Positions 30,795 through 42,871 of a stretch of 64,000 bases of DNA are shown here, one piece after another (the stretch's first letter is position 1; each line of letters opens with the position of its first letter). The DNA comes from Dehalococcoidia bacterium (GTDB lineage Bacteria; Chloroflexota; Dehalococcoidia; Dehalococcoidales; UBA3254). The notes beneath the pieces are model-generated. The model was given only the letters and a program-made list of their open reading frames with translations, was not told the DNA's origin and ran no database searches. The position numbers and the translations under genes are program-made. The stretch lies in assembly GCA_025361145.1 (NCBI GenBank), contig JANYAV010000010.1:1530-65529 (forward strand), given 5' to 3'.

Positions 30795-32513
30795 ATGAAA
30801 TTAACAGGCGCTCAAATATTATGTGAAAGTTTATTAAAAGAGGGGGTCGACGTTCTGTTCGGCTACCCCGGTGGGGTAGTCCTCCCCCTGTTCGATACTT
30901 TTCCCCAGTATCCGGCCTTACGACATATATTGGTGCGTCATGAGCAGGGAGCTGCTCATGCGGCGGACGGCTATGCCCGCGCTACTGGTAAGGTAGGTGT
31001 CTGTTTGGCTACTTCCGGTCCCGGCGCTACTAATCTGGTTACCGGTATTGCTAACGCGCATCTGGATTCTGTTCCCATGGTGGCTATCACCGGACAGGTA
31101 GCGCGTTCTTTTATTGGTAAAGACGCCTTTCAAGAAGTAGATATCACCGGTATTACCTTGCCTATCACCAAGCACAACTTTCTGGTCATGGAAGCTGGGC
31201 AAATTGCTCAGGCAGTCAAAGAGGCTTTTTATCTAGCCAGGAGTGGACGGCCAGGGCCGGTCTTAATCGACATTCCGAAGGATGTCTTTATTGAGCAGGC
31301 GGAGTTTAATTATCCCGCCAAAGTAAATTTGCCCGGCTATAATCCGACTGTACAGGGCCATCCTGCTCAGATTAAAAAAGCGGCGGAGATGATCAATAAC
31401 GCCTGTCAGAAGCCTTTGATTATCGCTGGCAGAGGCGTGGCTATTTCAGGCGCTTTTAATGAATTGAAACAGTTAGCCGAAACTGCTCATATACCCGTGA
31501 TCACCACGTTGCTGGGTATCGGTTGTTTCCCTGAGTCGCATACTTTAAGCTATGGTATGCTGGGCATGCACGGCACGGCTTATGCTAATTGGGCTGTTAG
31601 CGACGCTGACCTGGTGATCGCGATCGGTATGCGTATGGACGACCGTGCGACTTCCAAGTTCAACGAGTTTGCCCCCGCTGCTCGCATTATACATATAGAC
31701 ATCGATCCCGCTGAAATAGGTAAAAACGTGCGCGTGGATGTCCCGATCGTGGGTGATATTAAAAAGGTCTTGATCCCCCTGATTAAATTGGTTAAGTCCA
31801 ATCAACATGTAGAGTGGATAGCGCAATTAGATGCCTGGCGCAAAAAAGCCCCGATGGTCAGCAGCCGAATAAAGAACTCTAAAGTTTTACTGCCGCAATA
31901 TGTCGTGCATAAGATATATGAAATTACCCGGGGCAATGCCATCGTAGTTGCCGGTGTCGGACAAAATCAAATGTGGGCTGCCCAACATTTCTGGTATGAT
32001 CAACCCAATAGTTTCATAACTTCCGGTGGTTTGGGAACTATGGGTTATGAGTTACCTGCTTCCATGGGGGTTAAGGTGGGTTGTCCGGATGAAACCGTCT
32101 GGTGTATCGCGGGCGATGGCGGTTTTCAGATGACACTGCATGAATTGGCAACGCTGGTGCAGGACAAGATAGGTGTTAAAATCGCTATTTTAAACAACGG
32201 TTGTTTGGGCATGGTCAGACAATGGCAGGAGCTGTTTTATCAAAAAAATTACGTGGATACCCCCCTCTCTTGTCCGGATTTCGTTAAACTGGCCGATGCT
32301 TATGGCATACCCGCTCTGAGGGTCAGTACCAGTCAACAGGTTGTCCCGGCTATTAAAAAAGCCATGGCTACCGACGGTCCTTTCCTGATAGAATTTGTGG
32401 TGGCCCCGGAAGAAAATGTTTATCCGATGGTCCCTCCCGGTGAAGCCCTGTCCAAGGTATTATTAGAACCTGAGAAAGAGGTGCATGTATGGTCTCAACA
32501 AAACACACCCTAG
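30795..32513 (+). CDS. ilvB: Acetolactate synthase large subunit
   Basis: 572 aa. TPP motif GGLGTMGYELPASMG...GDGGFQM. Confidence 0.93.
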   Translation: MKLTGAQILCESLLKEGVDVLFGYPGGVVLPLFDTFPQYPALRHILVRHEQGAAHAADGYARATGKVGVCLATSGPGATNLVTGIANAHLDSVPMVAITGQVARSFIGKDAFQEVDITGITLPITKHNFLVMEAGQIAQAVKEAFYLARSGRPGPVLIDIPKDVFIEQAEFNYPAKVNLPGYNPTVQGHPAQIKKAAEMINNACQKPLIIAGRGVAISGAFNELKQLAETAHIPVITTLLGIGCFPESHTLSYGMLGMHGTAYANWAVSDADLVIAIGMRMDDRATSKFNEFAPAARIIHIDIDPAEIGKNVRVDVPIVGDIKKVLIPLIKLVKSNQHVEWIAQLDAWRKKAPMVSSRIKNSKVLLPQYVVHKIYEITRGNAIVVAGVGQNQMWAAQHFWYDQPNSFITSGGLGTMGYELPASMGVKVGCPDETVWCIAGDGGFQMTLHELATLVQDKIGVKIAILNNGCLGMVRQWQELFYQKNYVDTPLSCPDFVKLADAYGIPALRVSTSQQVVPAIKKAMATDGPFLIEFVVAPEENVYPMVPPGEALSKVLLEPEKEVHVWSQQNTP

Positions 32514-32992
32514 TAGCTCTGGTAGAAGACAAGCCAGGCGTTTTGAATCGCATGGTCAGCCTCTTCAGAAGGCGTAATTTTAATATTGAAAGCATCGCGG
32601 TGGGCAGCAGCGAAATGTCCAATTTCTCGCGCATTACCTTTGTCGTGGACGGTTCTCCTACGATGGTTGAACAGGTCAGGAAACAACTTATGGGAAAGGT
32701 GGTAGAAGTAGTTAAAGTCACTGATATTACCGATAAAAATATTGTAATCCGTGAGCTGGCTTTGATCAAAATCAAAGCTCCTTCCTCTGCGCGCAGCGAG
32801 ATCATCCAAATTGTGGATATCTTTCACGCTGAGATTGTGGATGTGACCCAGGAGTATTTGACTATCGAGATCACCGGGCCGGAAGATAAAATAGAATCTC
32901 TTCTTGATCTTCTTAAACCTTTTGGGATCAAGGAACTAGCGCGCACCGGCCGCATTGCTATGACCTGCGGTACCCTGGTTGATGAAGAATAA
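32489..32992 (+). CDS. ilvN: Acetolactate synthase small (regulatory) subunit
   Basis: 167 aa. ACT domain LVALVEDKPGVLNRMVSLFRRRNFNIESI. Confidence 0.9.
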   Translation: MVSTKHTLVALVEDKPGVLNRMVSLFRRRNFNIESIAVGSSEMSNFSRITFVVDGSPTMVEQVRKQLMGKVVEVVKVTDITDKNIVIRELALIKIKAPSSARSEIIQIVDIFHAEIVDVTQEYLTIEITGPEDKIESLLDLLKPFGIKELARTGRIAMTCGTLVDEE

Positions 32993-33005
32993 CAAAGGAA
33001 CGAAC

Positions 33006-34529
33006 ATGAAAAATAGAGTAATTGTATTTGATACGACCTTAAGAGATGGAGAGCAAGCCGCCGGAGGCACTCTCAACATTCAGGAAAAACTGGAGATTGC
33101 CAGGCAGCTGGAAAAGCTCAAAGTGGATGTTATCGAAGCCGGCTTTCCCATCAGTTCCCCGGGTGATTTCGAATCGGTCAAACTGATCTCTAAAGAAGTA
33201 CGGAACGCTTCAATTTGCGGTTTGTCTCATGCCAACCCCGCTGCTATAGAGCGTGCCTGGGAAGCTGTCAAAGGCGCCGCCCAGCCTCGTATCCATATCT
33301 TTCTTTCTTCATCAGAGATTCACCTTTTGCATCAACTTAAAAAAAGCCATGACGAGATTTTACAGGCATCCCGTGAAATGGTGGCTAAGGCCAAAAAATA
33401 CACCAGCGAGATTGAATTTTCGCCGATGGACGCCAGCCGGACCAATCCTGAATTCTTGTATCAGATAGTTGAGGCTGTCATTGCCGCTGGTGCGACCACC
33501 GTCAATATACCGGATACGGTGGGTTATGCCATTCCTCAGGAATGGGGCAAGCGTATTGCAGGCATTTTTAAAAATGTCTCTAATATCGATAAAGCAGTTA
33601 TCAGTGTGCATTGTCATAATGACTTGGGGCTGGCCGTTGCCAATAGCCTGGAAGCCGTCAGGCAGGGCGCTCGGCAGGTGGAATGCACTGTTAATGGTAT
33701 TGGAGAACGGGCTGGTAATGCCTCGTTGGAAGAGATTGTGATGGCTATCCGCACCCGCCAGGATTTTTATAAATTGACCACGGGGATTGATACTACTCAA
33801 ATATATAGCACCAGTCGTCTGGTTAGCGAGTTGACTGGGTTCACCGTTCAACCCAATAAGGCCATCGTGGGAGCTAATGCTTTTCGGCATCAGTCCGGTA
33901 TTCACCAGGACGGCGTAATTAAGTTGCCCATTACCTATGAAATAATGGATCCCAAAGATGTCGGTATATCTGCCAGTAGCCTGGTTTTGGGCAAGCTTAG
34001 TGGACACCATGCCTTTAAGGAGAGATTGGCCGAGTTGGGTTATCATTTGGATGAGGATGACCTCAGCAGATCCTTTCAGGCTTTCAAAGAGCTGGCTGAA
34101 AAAAAGAAAGAAATCACCGATAAAGACATCGAGTCCGTGGTAGCTCAGCAAAAACGAACCGTCGCTGAATTATATTCTTTGCAGATGGTTCAGGTATCCT
34201 GTGGGAACGGCATGCCTACTGCTGCCGTCAGGTTGACTGGACCCAAAGGTGAGACCCTTGCTGATGCGTCGTTGGGCACCGGTCCGGTCGATGCAGTTTA
34301 TAAGGCTATTAACCGTATTGTAGGTGTCTCCAACAAGTTGACCGAGTTCACAGTTAAGTCGGTTACCGAGGGTATAGACGCTCAGGGAGAGGTTTTAATC
34401 AGGGTTGAGAGTGATGGAGTCACTTATACCGGCCGCGGCGCGGATACCGACATAATCGTAGCCAGCGCTAAGGCTTACATGAATGCCTTGAATCGTCTGC
34501 TGTCTGTTAAAAAAGCAGTTAAGAAATAA
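33006..34529 (+). CDS. leuA: 2-isopropylmalate synthase
   Basis: ATG at 33006 ([17 protein letters not shown]). [12 protein letters not shown] motif and a C-terminal LeuA dimerisation-type domain. Confidence 0.9.
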   Translation: MKNRVIVFDTTLRDGEQAAGGTLNIQEKLEIARQLEKLKVDVIEAGFPISSPGDFESVKLISKEVRNASICGLSHANPAAIERAWEAVKGAAQPRIHIFLSSSEIHLLHQLKKSHDEILQASREMVAKAKKYTSEIEFSPMDASRTNPEFLYQIVEAVIAAGATTVNIPDTVGYAIPQEWGKRIAGIFKNVSNIDKAVISVHCHNDLGLAVANSLEAVRQGARQVECTVNGIGERAGNASLEEIVMAIRTRQDFYKLTTGIDTTQIYSTSRLVSELTGFTVQPNKAIVGANAFRHQSGIHQDGVIKLPITYEIMDPKDVGISASSLVLGKLSGHHAFKERLAELGYHLDEDDLSRSFQAFKELAEKKKEITDKDIESVVAQQKRTVAELYSLQMVQVSCGNGMPTAAVRLTGPKGETLADASLGTGPVDAVYKAINRIVGVSNKLTEFTVKSVTEGIDAQGEVLIRVESDGVTYTGRGADTDIIVASAKAYMNALNRLLSVKKAVKK

Positions 34530-34551
34530 TCAATATCGAGGGGATGTTGGA

Positions 34552-34953
34552 ATGTCACCGGATTTAACCATGGCTATTCGGCTGCTGTTAGCCGCCGTTC
34601 TGGGTGGAGCGATTGGATTTCAGCGCGAAAACGCCGGCAAACCAGCCGGTTTGCGCACTCATATGCTGATTTGTATCGGCGCTGCCCTGTTCACTCTGGT
34701 GGGTATTTTTGCCTTTAGTGGCACTGTCGATCCTGGGCGCATGGCTGCTGGTGTGGTATCCGGTATCGGTTTTCTTGGCGCGGGGGCTATCATCTTCCGC
34801 TCCAGTGATGGTTATATTGCCGGCTTGACTACGGCAGCCACAATGTGGGCGGTGGCCGGTATCGGAGTTGCTGTGGGCTCTGGGTTCTATATAGCTTCGG
34901 CTGTCGCAACCGCGATTATTTTGATTATTTTGTTCATACCTCATATCAAGTAA
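34552..34953 (+). CDS. MgtC/SapB family membrane protein
   Basis: 133 aa, 4-5 TM, N-terminal ...GGAIGFQRE... typical of MgtC-family proteins. Confidence 0.8.
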   Translation: MSPDLTMAIRLLLAAVLGGAIGFQRENAGKPAGLRTHMLICIGAALFTLVGIFAFSGTVDPGRMAAGVVSGIGFLGAGAIIFRSSDGYIAGLTTAATMWAVAGIGVAVGSGFYIASAVATAIILIILFIPHIK

Positions 34954-34987
34954 TTAAATAAAGCAATACTAGAAAAGGTGAAAGAAA

Positions 34988-36238
34988 ATGATGACATTAG
35001 CCGAAAAAATATTAGCTGCTCATTCCGGCAAGAAAAAAGTAATCGCCGGAGAGTTTATTAACTGTAAAGTTGACCTGGTTATGGCCAATGATGTTACTGC
35101 GCCCATCGCCATAAACGAGTTCCGTAAGCTGGGAGTGAAGGTTTTTAATCCTAAGAAGATCGTCTTTGTGCCTGACCATTTCACTCCTAATAAGGACATC
35201 AACTCAGCCGAGCAGGTTAAGATGATCCGTGAGTTTGCCCGCGAAACAGGTGTTGGTTTTTTTGAGATGGGCAGGGTAGGTATCGAACATGTACTGCTGC
35301 CGGATAAAGGTATTGTCTTACCCGGCGATGTTGTTATCGGTGCCGATTCTCATACCTGTACTTACGGTGCGATTGGGGCCTTCTCCACCGGTATGGGGTC
35401 TACCGATATTGGCTCCGCTATGGCTACCGGTGATATCTGGATGAAAGTTCCGCACACCATAAAATTTGTCTTCCGCGGCAAATTAAATAAATGGGTCAGT
35501 GGCAAGGATTTAATTCTGTATACTATTGGTCAGATTGGTGTAGACGGCGCTTTATATGCCTCGATGGAGTTCGCCGGTGAGGCCATCGAAAATTTGTCTA
35601 TGAGCGGGCGTTTCACCATTGCCAATATGGCGATTGAGGCCGGGGCTAAAGCCGGTTTGTTTAAGGTTGATAAAAAGACCCTGGAGTACCTGGCGCCTAG
35701 AGCGAAACGTAAATTTAAAGTTTATGAGCCGGACGCTGACGCAGAATATTCTCAAATCTTTGAATGGGATGCCTCGAAGATCGAACCTATGGTGGCCTTC
35801 CCTCATTTACCTTCTAATACTAAACCGATCAGTAAAGTGGGCGAGGTTAGAATCGATCAGTCGGTCATCGGTAGTTGTACTAACGGCCGTTTGGAAGACC
35901 TGCAGATCGCCGCTAAGATCTTCAAGGGCAAAAAGGTTCACCCTGAAGTTCGTTGTATCATATTACCCGGCACCCAGGAAATTTACCTGGAGGCCATGAA
36001 ACTGGGTCTGGTAGAGACCTTTGTCAAAGCAGGGGCCGTATTTAGCACTCCCACTTGTGGTCCCTGCCTGGGAGGGCATATGGGTATTCTTGCTAAGGGA
36101 GAGAGAGCTATCTCAACCACTAACCGCAATTTTGTGGGCAGAATGGGTAGTCCTAAATCTGAAGTTTATCTGGCTAATCCGGCTATCGCAGCGGCCAGTG
36201 CTATCGCCGGCAGAATTATCTCGCCGGAGGACCTGTAA
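34988..36238 (+). CDS. leuC: 3-isopropylmalate dehydratase large subunit (short, archaeal/HacA-like type)
   Basis: 416 aa. [16 protein letters not shown] and TCGPCLG cluster ligands. Confidence 0.92.
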   Translation: MMTLAEKILAAHSGKKKVIAGEFINCKVDLVMANDVTAPIAINEFRKLGVKVFNPKKIVFVPDHFTPNKDINSAEQVKMIREFARETGVGFFEMGRVGIEHVLLPDKGIVLPGDVVIGADSHTCTYGAIGAFSTGMGSTDIGSAMATGDIWMKVPHTIKFVFRGKLNKWVSGKDLILYTIGQIGVDGALYASMEFAGEAIENLSMSGRFTIANMAIEAGAKAGLFKVDKKTLEYLAPRAKRKFKVYEPDADAEYSQIFEWDASKIEPMVAFPHLPSNTKPISKVGEVRIDQSVIGSCTNGRLEDLQIAAKIFKGKKVHPEVRCIILPGTQEIYLEAMKLGLVETFVKAGAVFSTPTCGPCLGGHMGILAKGERAISTTNRNFVGRMGSPKSEVYLANPAIAAASAIAGRIISPEDL

Positions 36239-36359
36239 AGGATTTCCCTCCCTTTTTCAATTTCCTCTTTCCTGCGGTCGTAGATCTCCCGATTCTATCG
36301 GGGGAGAGAGGATCAAAGATGAGGGGCAAGAATAACCACGGGAATATAAGGAATCAGAT

Positions 36360-36842
36360 ATGACTAAGATGAAAAAGTCCTGGGTGGCAAGGCTGCAAGA
36401 TAGTAAGGGCTATCCTAAGGTGGAACCTATCAGCGAGAGAATGAGTGCCCGCTGGGGGACAGGGACGATGGTGATTCCAGCTCCCATGGACGTAGATACC
36501 TTCATGAAAATGGTGCCTGCAGGGAAATTAACCACTATCGACGAAATTCGGCAGGCTCTCGCTATAAAATATGGCGCCACCATCGGTTGTCCGACCAATA
36601 CCGTAATTTTTAGCGGGATTGCTGCCCATGCTGCGGATGAATTGGCTTGCGCTGGTGAGAAGGATATCACCCCTTACTGGCGCACCCTGGGCAATGATGG
36701 AACTCTAAATCATAAATACCCGGGGGGAGTGCAAAAACAAGCAACCCGTTTAAAAGAAGAAGGTCATACTGTTTTGTTTTTTAAAGGCAATAAGCTGCCT
36801 AAAGTTCAGGATTATGAAAAAAAATTAGCCAAATTAATATAA
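36360..36842 (+). CDS. MGMT-family / alkyltransferase-like (ATL) DNA-binding protein without the catalytic Cys
   Basis: 160 aa. VPAGKLTTIDEIRQALA and TPYWRTLGNDGTL align with the MGMT HTH and PCHRV region, but the Cys is replaced by Tyr (PYWR). Confidence 0.6.
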   Translation: MTKMKKSWVARLQDSKGYPKVEPISERMSARWGTGTMVIPAPMDVDTFMKMVPAGKLTTIDEIRQALAIKYGATIGCPTNTVIFSGIAAHAADELACAGEKDITPYWRTLGNDGTLNHKYPGGVQKQATRLKEEGHTVLFFKGNKLPKVQDYEKKLAKLI

Positions 36843-36929
36843 CCTCAAATTTTTAATGATAATCGAGGTATATTAAGTTCGACAGATTCCATAACTCAAG
36901 ATAAATTTTACCTTGATCAGGAGAATTAA

Positions 36930-37421
36930 ATGAAATTAAAAGGGCAAGTTCATAAATATGGTGCAAATGTTGATACGGATGTCATCATCCCAGCCCGCTA
37001 TTTAAATGTTTCGGATCCTCTGGAACTGGCCAAACACTGCATGGAGGATATCGATGCCCAGTTCGTGAAGAAGATGAAACCAGGCGACATAATTGTGGCT
37101 GATACCAACTTTGGCTGCGGTTCGTCTCGTGAGCATGCTCCCCTGTCTATCAAATCGGCCGGGGTTTCCTGCGTGATCGCCAAGACCTTCGCCCGCATTT
37201 TCTTCCGTAACGCTATTAATATCGGTCTGCCTTTGCTGGAGTGCGTTGAGTGTGTCGAAAAAACTAAAAACGGGGATACTTTGGAAGTTGACCTCGCCGC
37301 TGGCAAAATCTTAAATTTGTCCACGGGTCTGGTCTTTACCGCTAAACCCTACCCTGATTTCATGTCTGAACTGATTAAGGCTGGCGGTTTGATCAATTAT
37401 ACGAAAAAAAGATTAGCGTAA
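36930..37421 (+). CDS. leuD: 3-isopropylmalate dehydratase small subunit
   Basis: 163 aa with the GCGSSREHA motif. Confidence 0.92.
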   Translation: MKLKGQVHKYGANVDTDVIIPARYLNVSDPLELAKHCMEDIDAQFVKKMKPGDIIVADTNFGCGSSREHAPLSIKSAGVSCVIAKTFARIFFRNAINIGLPLLECVECVEKTKNGDTLEVDLAAGKILNLSTGLVFTAKPYPDFMSELIKAGGLINYTKKRLA

Positions 37422-37435
37422 AGGAGAAAGCTAAA

Positions 37436-38536
37436 TTGAAATTTAAACTAGCAGTTCTACCTGGTGACGGCGTTGGGCCTGAGCTGATGAATGAGGAAGT
37501 CAAGGTTCTGGAAGCCCTAGGAAAGCGTTTTGGGCATAGTTTCGACCTCAAATACGGCTTAATCGGTGGAATTGCAATTGATAAAGAAGGTACGGCGCTC
37601 TCAGAAGATACCCTGGAAATGTGCCGTCAATCCGATGCGGTCGTTATGATTGCTGTCGGCGGTCCTAAATGGGATAACCCCAAGGCTAAGGTCAGGCCAG
37701 AAGACGGTTTATTAGCCCTGCGTAAGGGTTTGGCCCTTTTTGCTAATATCCGCCCCGTCTTTACCAATGACATCATGGTGGATGCTACTCCCTTAAAAGC
37801 GGATATTGTAAAAGGTACGGATTTGATCGTGGTTCGCGAACTGACCGGAGGGTTGTATTTTGGCAGGCCTAAGAGACAATGGACTACCACCCGCGGTCGT
37901 AGAGCAGTTGATACGATGTCCTATTCCGAGCAGGAAATCGAACGCATTGTCCGCGTAGGATTTGAACTGGCCCGTAAACGCCGTAAAAAACTCACTTCCG
38001 TGGATAAAGCTAATGTGCTTCAATCTTCCCGTTTATGGCGGCAGGTTACCAGTGAAGTGGCTAAAGATTATCCGGATATTGCTCTGGATAATATGTTGGT
38101 AGATACTTGCGCTATGCGTTTAATACAGAAACCCACTTATTTCGATGTAATTGTCACGGAAAATACCTTTGGTGATATCTTAACTGATGAAGCCTCGCTG
38201 CTGGCTGGTTCGATGGGTATGTTGCCCTCTGCTAGTCTGGCTGGTGTTCCACAGGAAGGCAAAAAGATATTAGGTTTCTATGAGCCTATTCATGGCAGCG
38301 CTCCTGATATTGCCGGACAAAATAAGGCTAATCCGATTGCCAGTATTCTCAGTTTGGCCATGATGTGCCGCTATTCTCTGGGCTTGTCCCCTGAAGCTCA
38401 AGCTCTGGAAGAAATTATCGCGGCCGTTCTGAAAGAGGGTTACCGCACACCGGATATCATGAGTGAAGGCAAAAAAATGGTGGGGACTAAAGAAATGGGC
38501 GACGTGGTAGCTAAAAAAATCGCTAAATATACGTAG
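37436..38536 (+). CDS. leuB: 3-isopropylmalate dehydrogenase
   Basis: 366 aa. TTG start after AAAGGAGAAAG. NTFGDILTDEAS motif. Confidence 0.92.
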   Translation: MKFKLAVLPGDGVGPELMNEEVKVLEALGKRFGHSFDLKYGLIGGIAIDKEGTALSEDTLEMCRQSDAVVMIAVGGPKWDNPKAKVRPEDGLLALRKGLALFANIRPVFTNDIMVDATPLKADIVKGTDLIVVRELTGGLYFGRPKRQWTTTRGRRAVDTMSYSEQEIERIVRVGFELARKRRKKLTSVDKANVLQSSRLWRQVTSEVAKDYPDIALDNMLVDTCAMRLIQKPTYFDVIVTENTFGDILTDEASLLAGSMGMLPSASLAGVPQEGKKILGFYEPIHGSAPDIAGQNKANPIASILSLAMMCRYSLGLSPEAQALEEIIAAVLKEGYRTPDIMSEGKKMVGTKEMGDVVAKKIAKYT

Positions 38537-38581
38537 TTTTAATCATTTGAATTTGTAATTTGGGATTTACATCAGGACATT

Positions 38582-40165
<1,584 letters not shown>

Positions 40166-40186
40166 TCTTAATCCGGGTTAACTCTA

Positions 40187-40226
40187 TTAACTTTTGACCT
40201 TTGATCTTTGACTTTTAACTTCTCCC
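40187..40226. repeat. Tandem heptad element TTAA-CTTTTGA-CCTTTGA-TCTTTGA-CTTTTAA-CTTCTCC (copy C1)
   Basis: Abuts the rtcB stop codon (40227-40229). Related copies at 41782, 42421 and 54342. Confidence 0.7.
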
Positions 40227-41687
40227 TTACCCCTTTATCACTCCTATCGGGACACATCTTGCTATCTTCCTGGAAATCCCCGCCTTCTCGGTGATTTCCA
40301 CTACTTCCGCCACATCCTTGTAGGCTTCTGAGGCTTCTTCAGCCAGCGACACTAGACTATCGCATTTCACCAGTATGCCTCGCTTACCTAGCTTATCAGC
40401 TACGTCGCCGCCACTTAGACCTTTTTTAGCTGCGGTGCGGCTTTGCATCCGGCCTGCCCCGTGGCAGGTCGATCCGAATGTATCTTGCATGGCTGTTTTT
40501 GTTCCTACCGCGATATATGAGTAGCGGCCCATGTCCCCCGGAATCAAGACCGGTTGGCCGATGTTGCGGTAAATGGCCGGTATCTCTGGATGGCCAATAG
40601 GAAACGCTCGCGTTGCTCCCTTGCGGTGTACACACAGGGTTTCGGTTTTACCTTCCACAGCATGCTCTTCCAACTTGGCGATGTTGTGCGCCACGTCGTA
40701 GATTTGCTCCAACCCTATCTCTCGCGGGCTTTTATTTAGCACTCTAATAAAGGACTCCCTGATCCAGTGGGCGATACACTGGCGGTTGGCCCAGGCATAG
40801 TTCGCGGCGCAAGCCATAGCTGCCAGATAGTCTTGTCCTTCCGGTGACTGCACCGGGGCGCAGGCCAACTGTTTGTCCGGCAGAGTTATACCATAACGAC
40901 GGGTAGCTTCAGCAAGAGTCCTGATGTAGTCATCGCAGACCTGATGGCCTAGTCCACGCGAGCCGGTGTGTATCAGAATCAAAATTTGACCGGTTTCGAG
41001 AATGCCCATCGTCCGGGCTGTTACACTGTCGTAAATCTGATCTACCGCCTGTATTTCCAGAAAATGATTGCCTGATCCCAGCGTTCCTATCTGCGGCAGG
41101 CCGCGTTTTTTGGCTTTTAGACTCACTTTATCCGGATCGGCCCCTTTCATGCAGCCTGACTCTTCGGTACAAATCAGGTCGTCTGCCTGTCCTAAGCCCT
41201 TTTCTACCGCCCAGGCCGCCCCTTTAATCAGGACTTTATCCAGTTCCTTCTCACCGATTCTCAATTTGCCCTCTGATCCCAGCCCAGAGGGTACATTGGA
41301 GTACATGGCATAAACCAGTTTTTCTATATTGGGTTTGACCTCTTCAAGGCTCACATTGGTGCGTAGAAGCCTGACTCCGCAGTTGATGTCGAATCCCACT
41401 CCTCCCGGCGATACTACCCCGTCTTTGACCCGCGTAGCTGCTACTCCGCCGATGGGAAAACCGTAACCGAAGTGGATATCCGGCATGGCCAGAGAATAGC
41501 CTACAATACCGGGTAAAAAGCTGACGTTGACCACCTGTTCGAAAGCCTGGTCTTCCCAGATTTGCGCCAGCATCTTTTCACTGGTGTATATCCTGCCCGG
41601 AACCCGCATGCCCGCTTTATAGCTGGGTCGGATCTCCCAGCGGTTTTCATCTATTTTGTGGATTACGTCTTTCCACCCTGCGGCCAT
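40227..41687 (-). CDS. rtcB: RNA-splicing ligase RtcB
   Basis: 486 aa. GSGNHF, HTGSRGLGHQV and CHGAGR motifs. Confidence 0.95.
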   Translation of the reverse strand: MAAGWKDVIHKIDENRWEIRPSYKAGMRVPGRIYTSEKMLAQIWEDQAFEQVVNVSFLPGIVGYSLAMPDIHFGYGFPIGGVAATRVKDGVVSPGGVGFDINCGVRLLRTNVSLEEVKPNIEKLVYAMYSNVPSGLGSEGKLRIGEKELDKVLIKGAAWAVEKGLGQADDLICTEESGCMKGADPDKVSLKAKKRGLPQIGTLGSGNHFLEIQAVDQIYDSVTARTMGILETGQILILIHTGSRGLGHQVCDDYIRTLAEATRRYGITLPDKQLACAPVQSPEGQDYLAAMACAANYAWANRQCIAHWIRESFIRVLNKSPREIGLEQIYDVAHNIAKLEEHAVEGKTETLCVHRKGATRAFPIGHPEIPAIYRNIGQPVLIPGDMGRYSYIAVGTKTAMQDTFGSTCHGAGRMQSRTAAKKGLSGGDVADKLGKRGILVKCDSLVSLAEEASEAYKDVAEVVEITEKAGISRKIARCVPIGVIKG

Positions 41688-41781
41688 TTTAATTTCCTTT
41701 GCTTGTTTTTATTTGTGATCTGTATCTAGTGATTTAAGATTTATTTGGTTATTGGATTTTATATCTATTTCTTCTTTCTTG

Positions 41782-41799
41782 TTTTACCTTTGATTTCTT
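41782..41799. repeat. Heptad element copy C4 (TTTTA-CCTTTGA-TTTCTTC)
   Basis: Ends at the archease stop codon. Confidence 0.5.
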
Positions 41800-42219
41800 C
41801 TAAATATCCAAGATCACTTCTGCTGTAAAACTTCCGTCCTTCAGTTTCTCTACTTTCAGTTTATGATAGGTGGCGGATTTTATCCCTCTTTTTATTTGGT
41901 GTCGTGACAGATCTGCCTTCTCTCCGAAACAGTGGGCTTTAAGCTGTGATTTACTGATTTTAACGATCTCGAACCTGCTGAAGAGCAGCATCTCGGCGTC
42001 GAAAACATAAATTAGTTCATTTAACCATTCAGCCAGCAAGGCTTCCCTGTCCGGTGCGCTAATTGAAATTTCTTTAGTTAGCCTTTCCTCGATGTTATCG
42101 ATATCGGTGATTAGACTCAGCATTCCCAGCGCGGCGTTGGTATAAACTTCCGACCAATCCTCGCCGAAAGCACGGATGCCGATATCGGCGGTAGTATCGA
42201 TTATTTCAAAATTATTCAT
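41800..42219 (-). CDS. Archease
   Basis: 139 aa. N-terminal TADIGIRAFG and a position upstream of rtcB. Extended -10 TGcTATAAT at 42233-42241 and no SD, so the leader is short or absent. Confidence 0.85.
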   Translation of the reverse strand: MNNFEIIDTTADIGIRAFGEDWSEVYTNAALGMLSLITDIDNIEERLTKEISISAPDREALLAEWLNELIYVFDAEMLLFSRFEIVKISKSQLKAHCFGEKADLSRHQIKRGIKSATYHKLKVEKLKDGSFTAEVILDI

Positions 42220-42420
42220 CGCTTATGCAACGATTATAGCATTTGAAATGGAATGTACGCACATGTTAGCAGGGCTTATAAAGTGGATTTACGAATTGAA
42301 ATTTATATGTTGATTCTTCTTTCAATTCAGTCTTTCAATTTTGCCTTTTCGAAGATCCCGCATGAGCAAAGCTAATCGGGAGAGGCCCTTTATCTATCGG
42401 GAGAATCGAATCGGGATGAT

Positions 42421-42439
42421 TTTTAACCTTTGACTTCTC
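42421..42439. repeat. Heptad element copy C2 (TTTTAA-CCTTTGA-CTTCTCC)
   Basis: Ends at the thioesterase stop codon. Confidence 0.5.
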
Positions 42440-42871
42440 CTAGGCATTCGCCGGTGGTACCGTCGTTCCCGTAGCTTTAGCTATCACTTTCCCATTTTGA
42501 TTGGTCACCGTCATTTCGGATATTCCCACTCTGCCGCCGCTTCGCAATACTCGGCCTTCAGCAGTCAACACATCACCCGGCGCAACCGGGGAGAGTAGAT
42601 GAATATTAAACTGGGTGGCCAGGCTGGGCAGGCTCATTGAGTTAATCGCCAGGGAAAAAGCATAGTCCGCTGCGGCCATAATGATAGAACCGAAAACTAC
42701 TCCATTAAAATTAACGTATTCCGGCAGCATTTTCATCGATACCTTGGCATATCCCGGCGAGAGCTCCAGTACCTTGATCTTATAGAAAGAGGCGATTGGC
42801 TCTCCCTCCATCTTTTCCATCAAAGCCGCCAGGTTGCCCTTGTTCCCGGGTTTGGTTTCCGGATCAGCCAT
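42440..42871 (-). CDS. PaaI/hotdog-fold thioesterase
   Basis: 143 aa. Hotdog-type core ...NFNGVVFGSIIMAAADYA... Confidence 0.75.
   Translation of the reverse strand: MADPETKPGNKGNLAALMEKMEGEPIASFYKIKVLELSPGYAKVSMKMLPEYVNFNGVVFGSIIMAAADYAFSLAINSMSLPSLATQFNIHLLSPVAPGDVLTAEGRVLRSGGRVGISEMTVTNQNGKVIAKATGTTVPPANA

Noticed and set aside
33360-34151. 263-aa minus-strand ORF
   Set aside because: It is entirely antisense to the well-supported leuA gene. It has no recognisable motif and looks like a typical shadow ORF.
40187-40226. Heptad tandem repeats as a possible CRISPR or mini-array
   Set aside because: The units are 7 nt with no spacers. No cas genes are present in the window.
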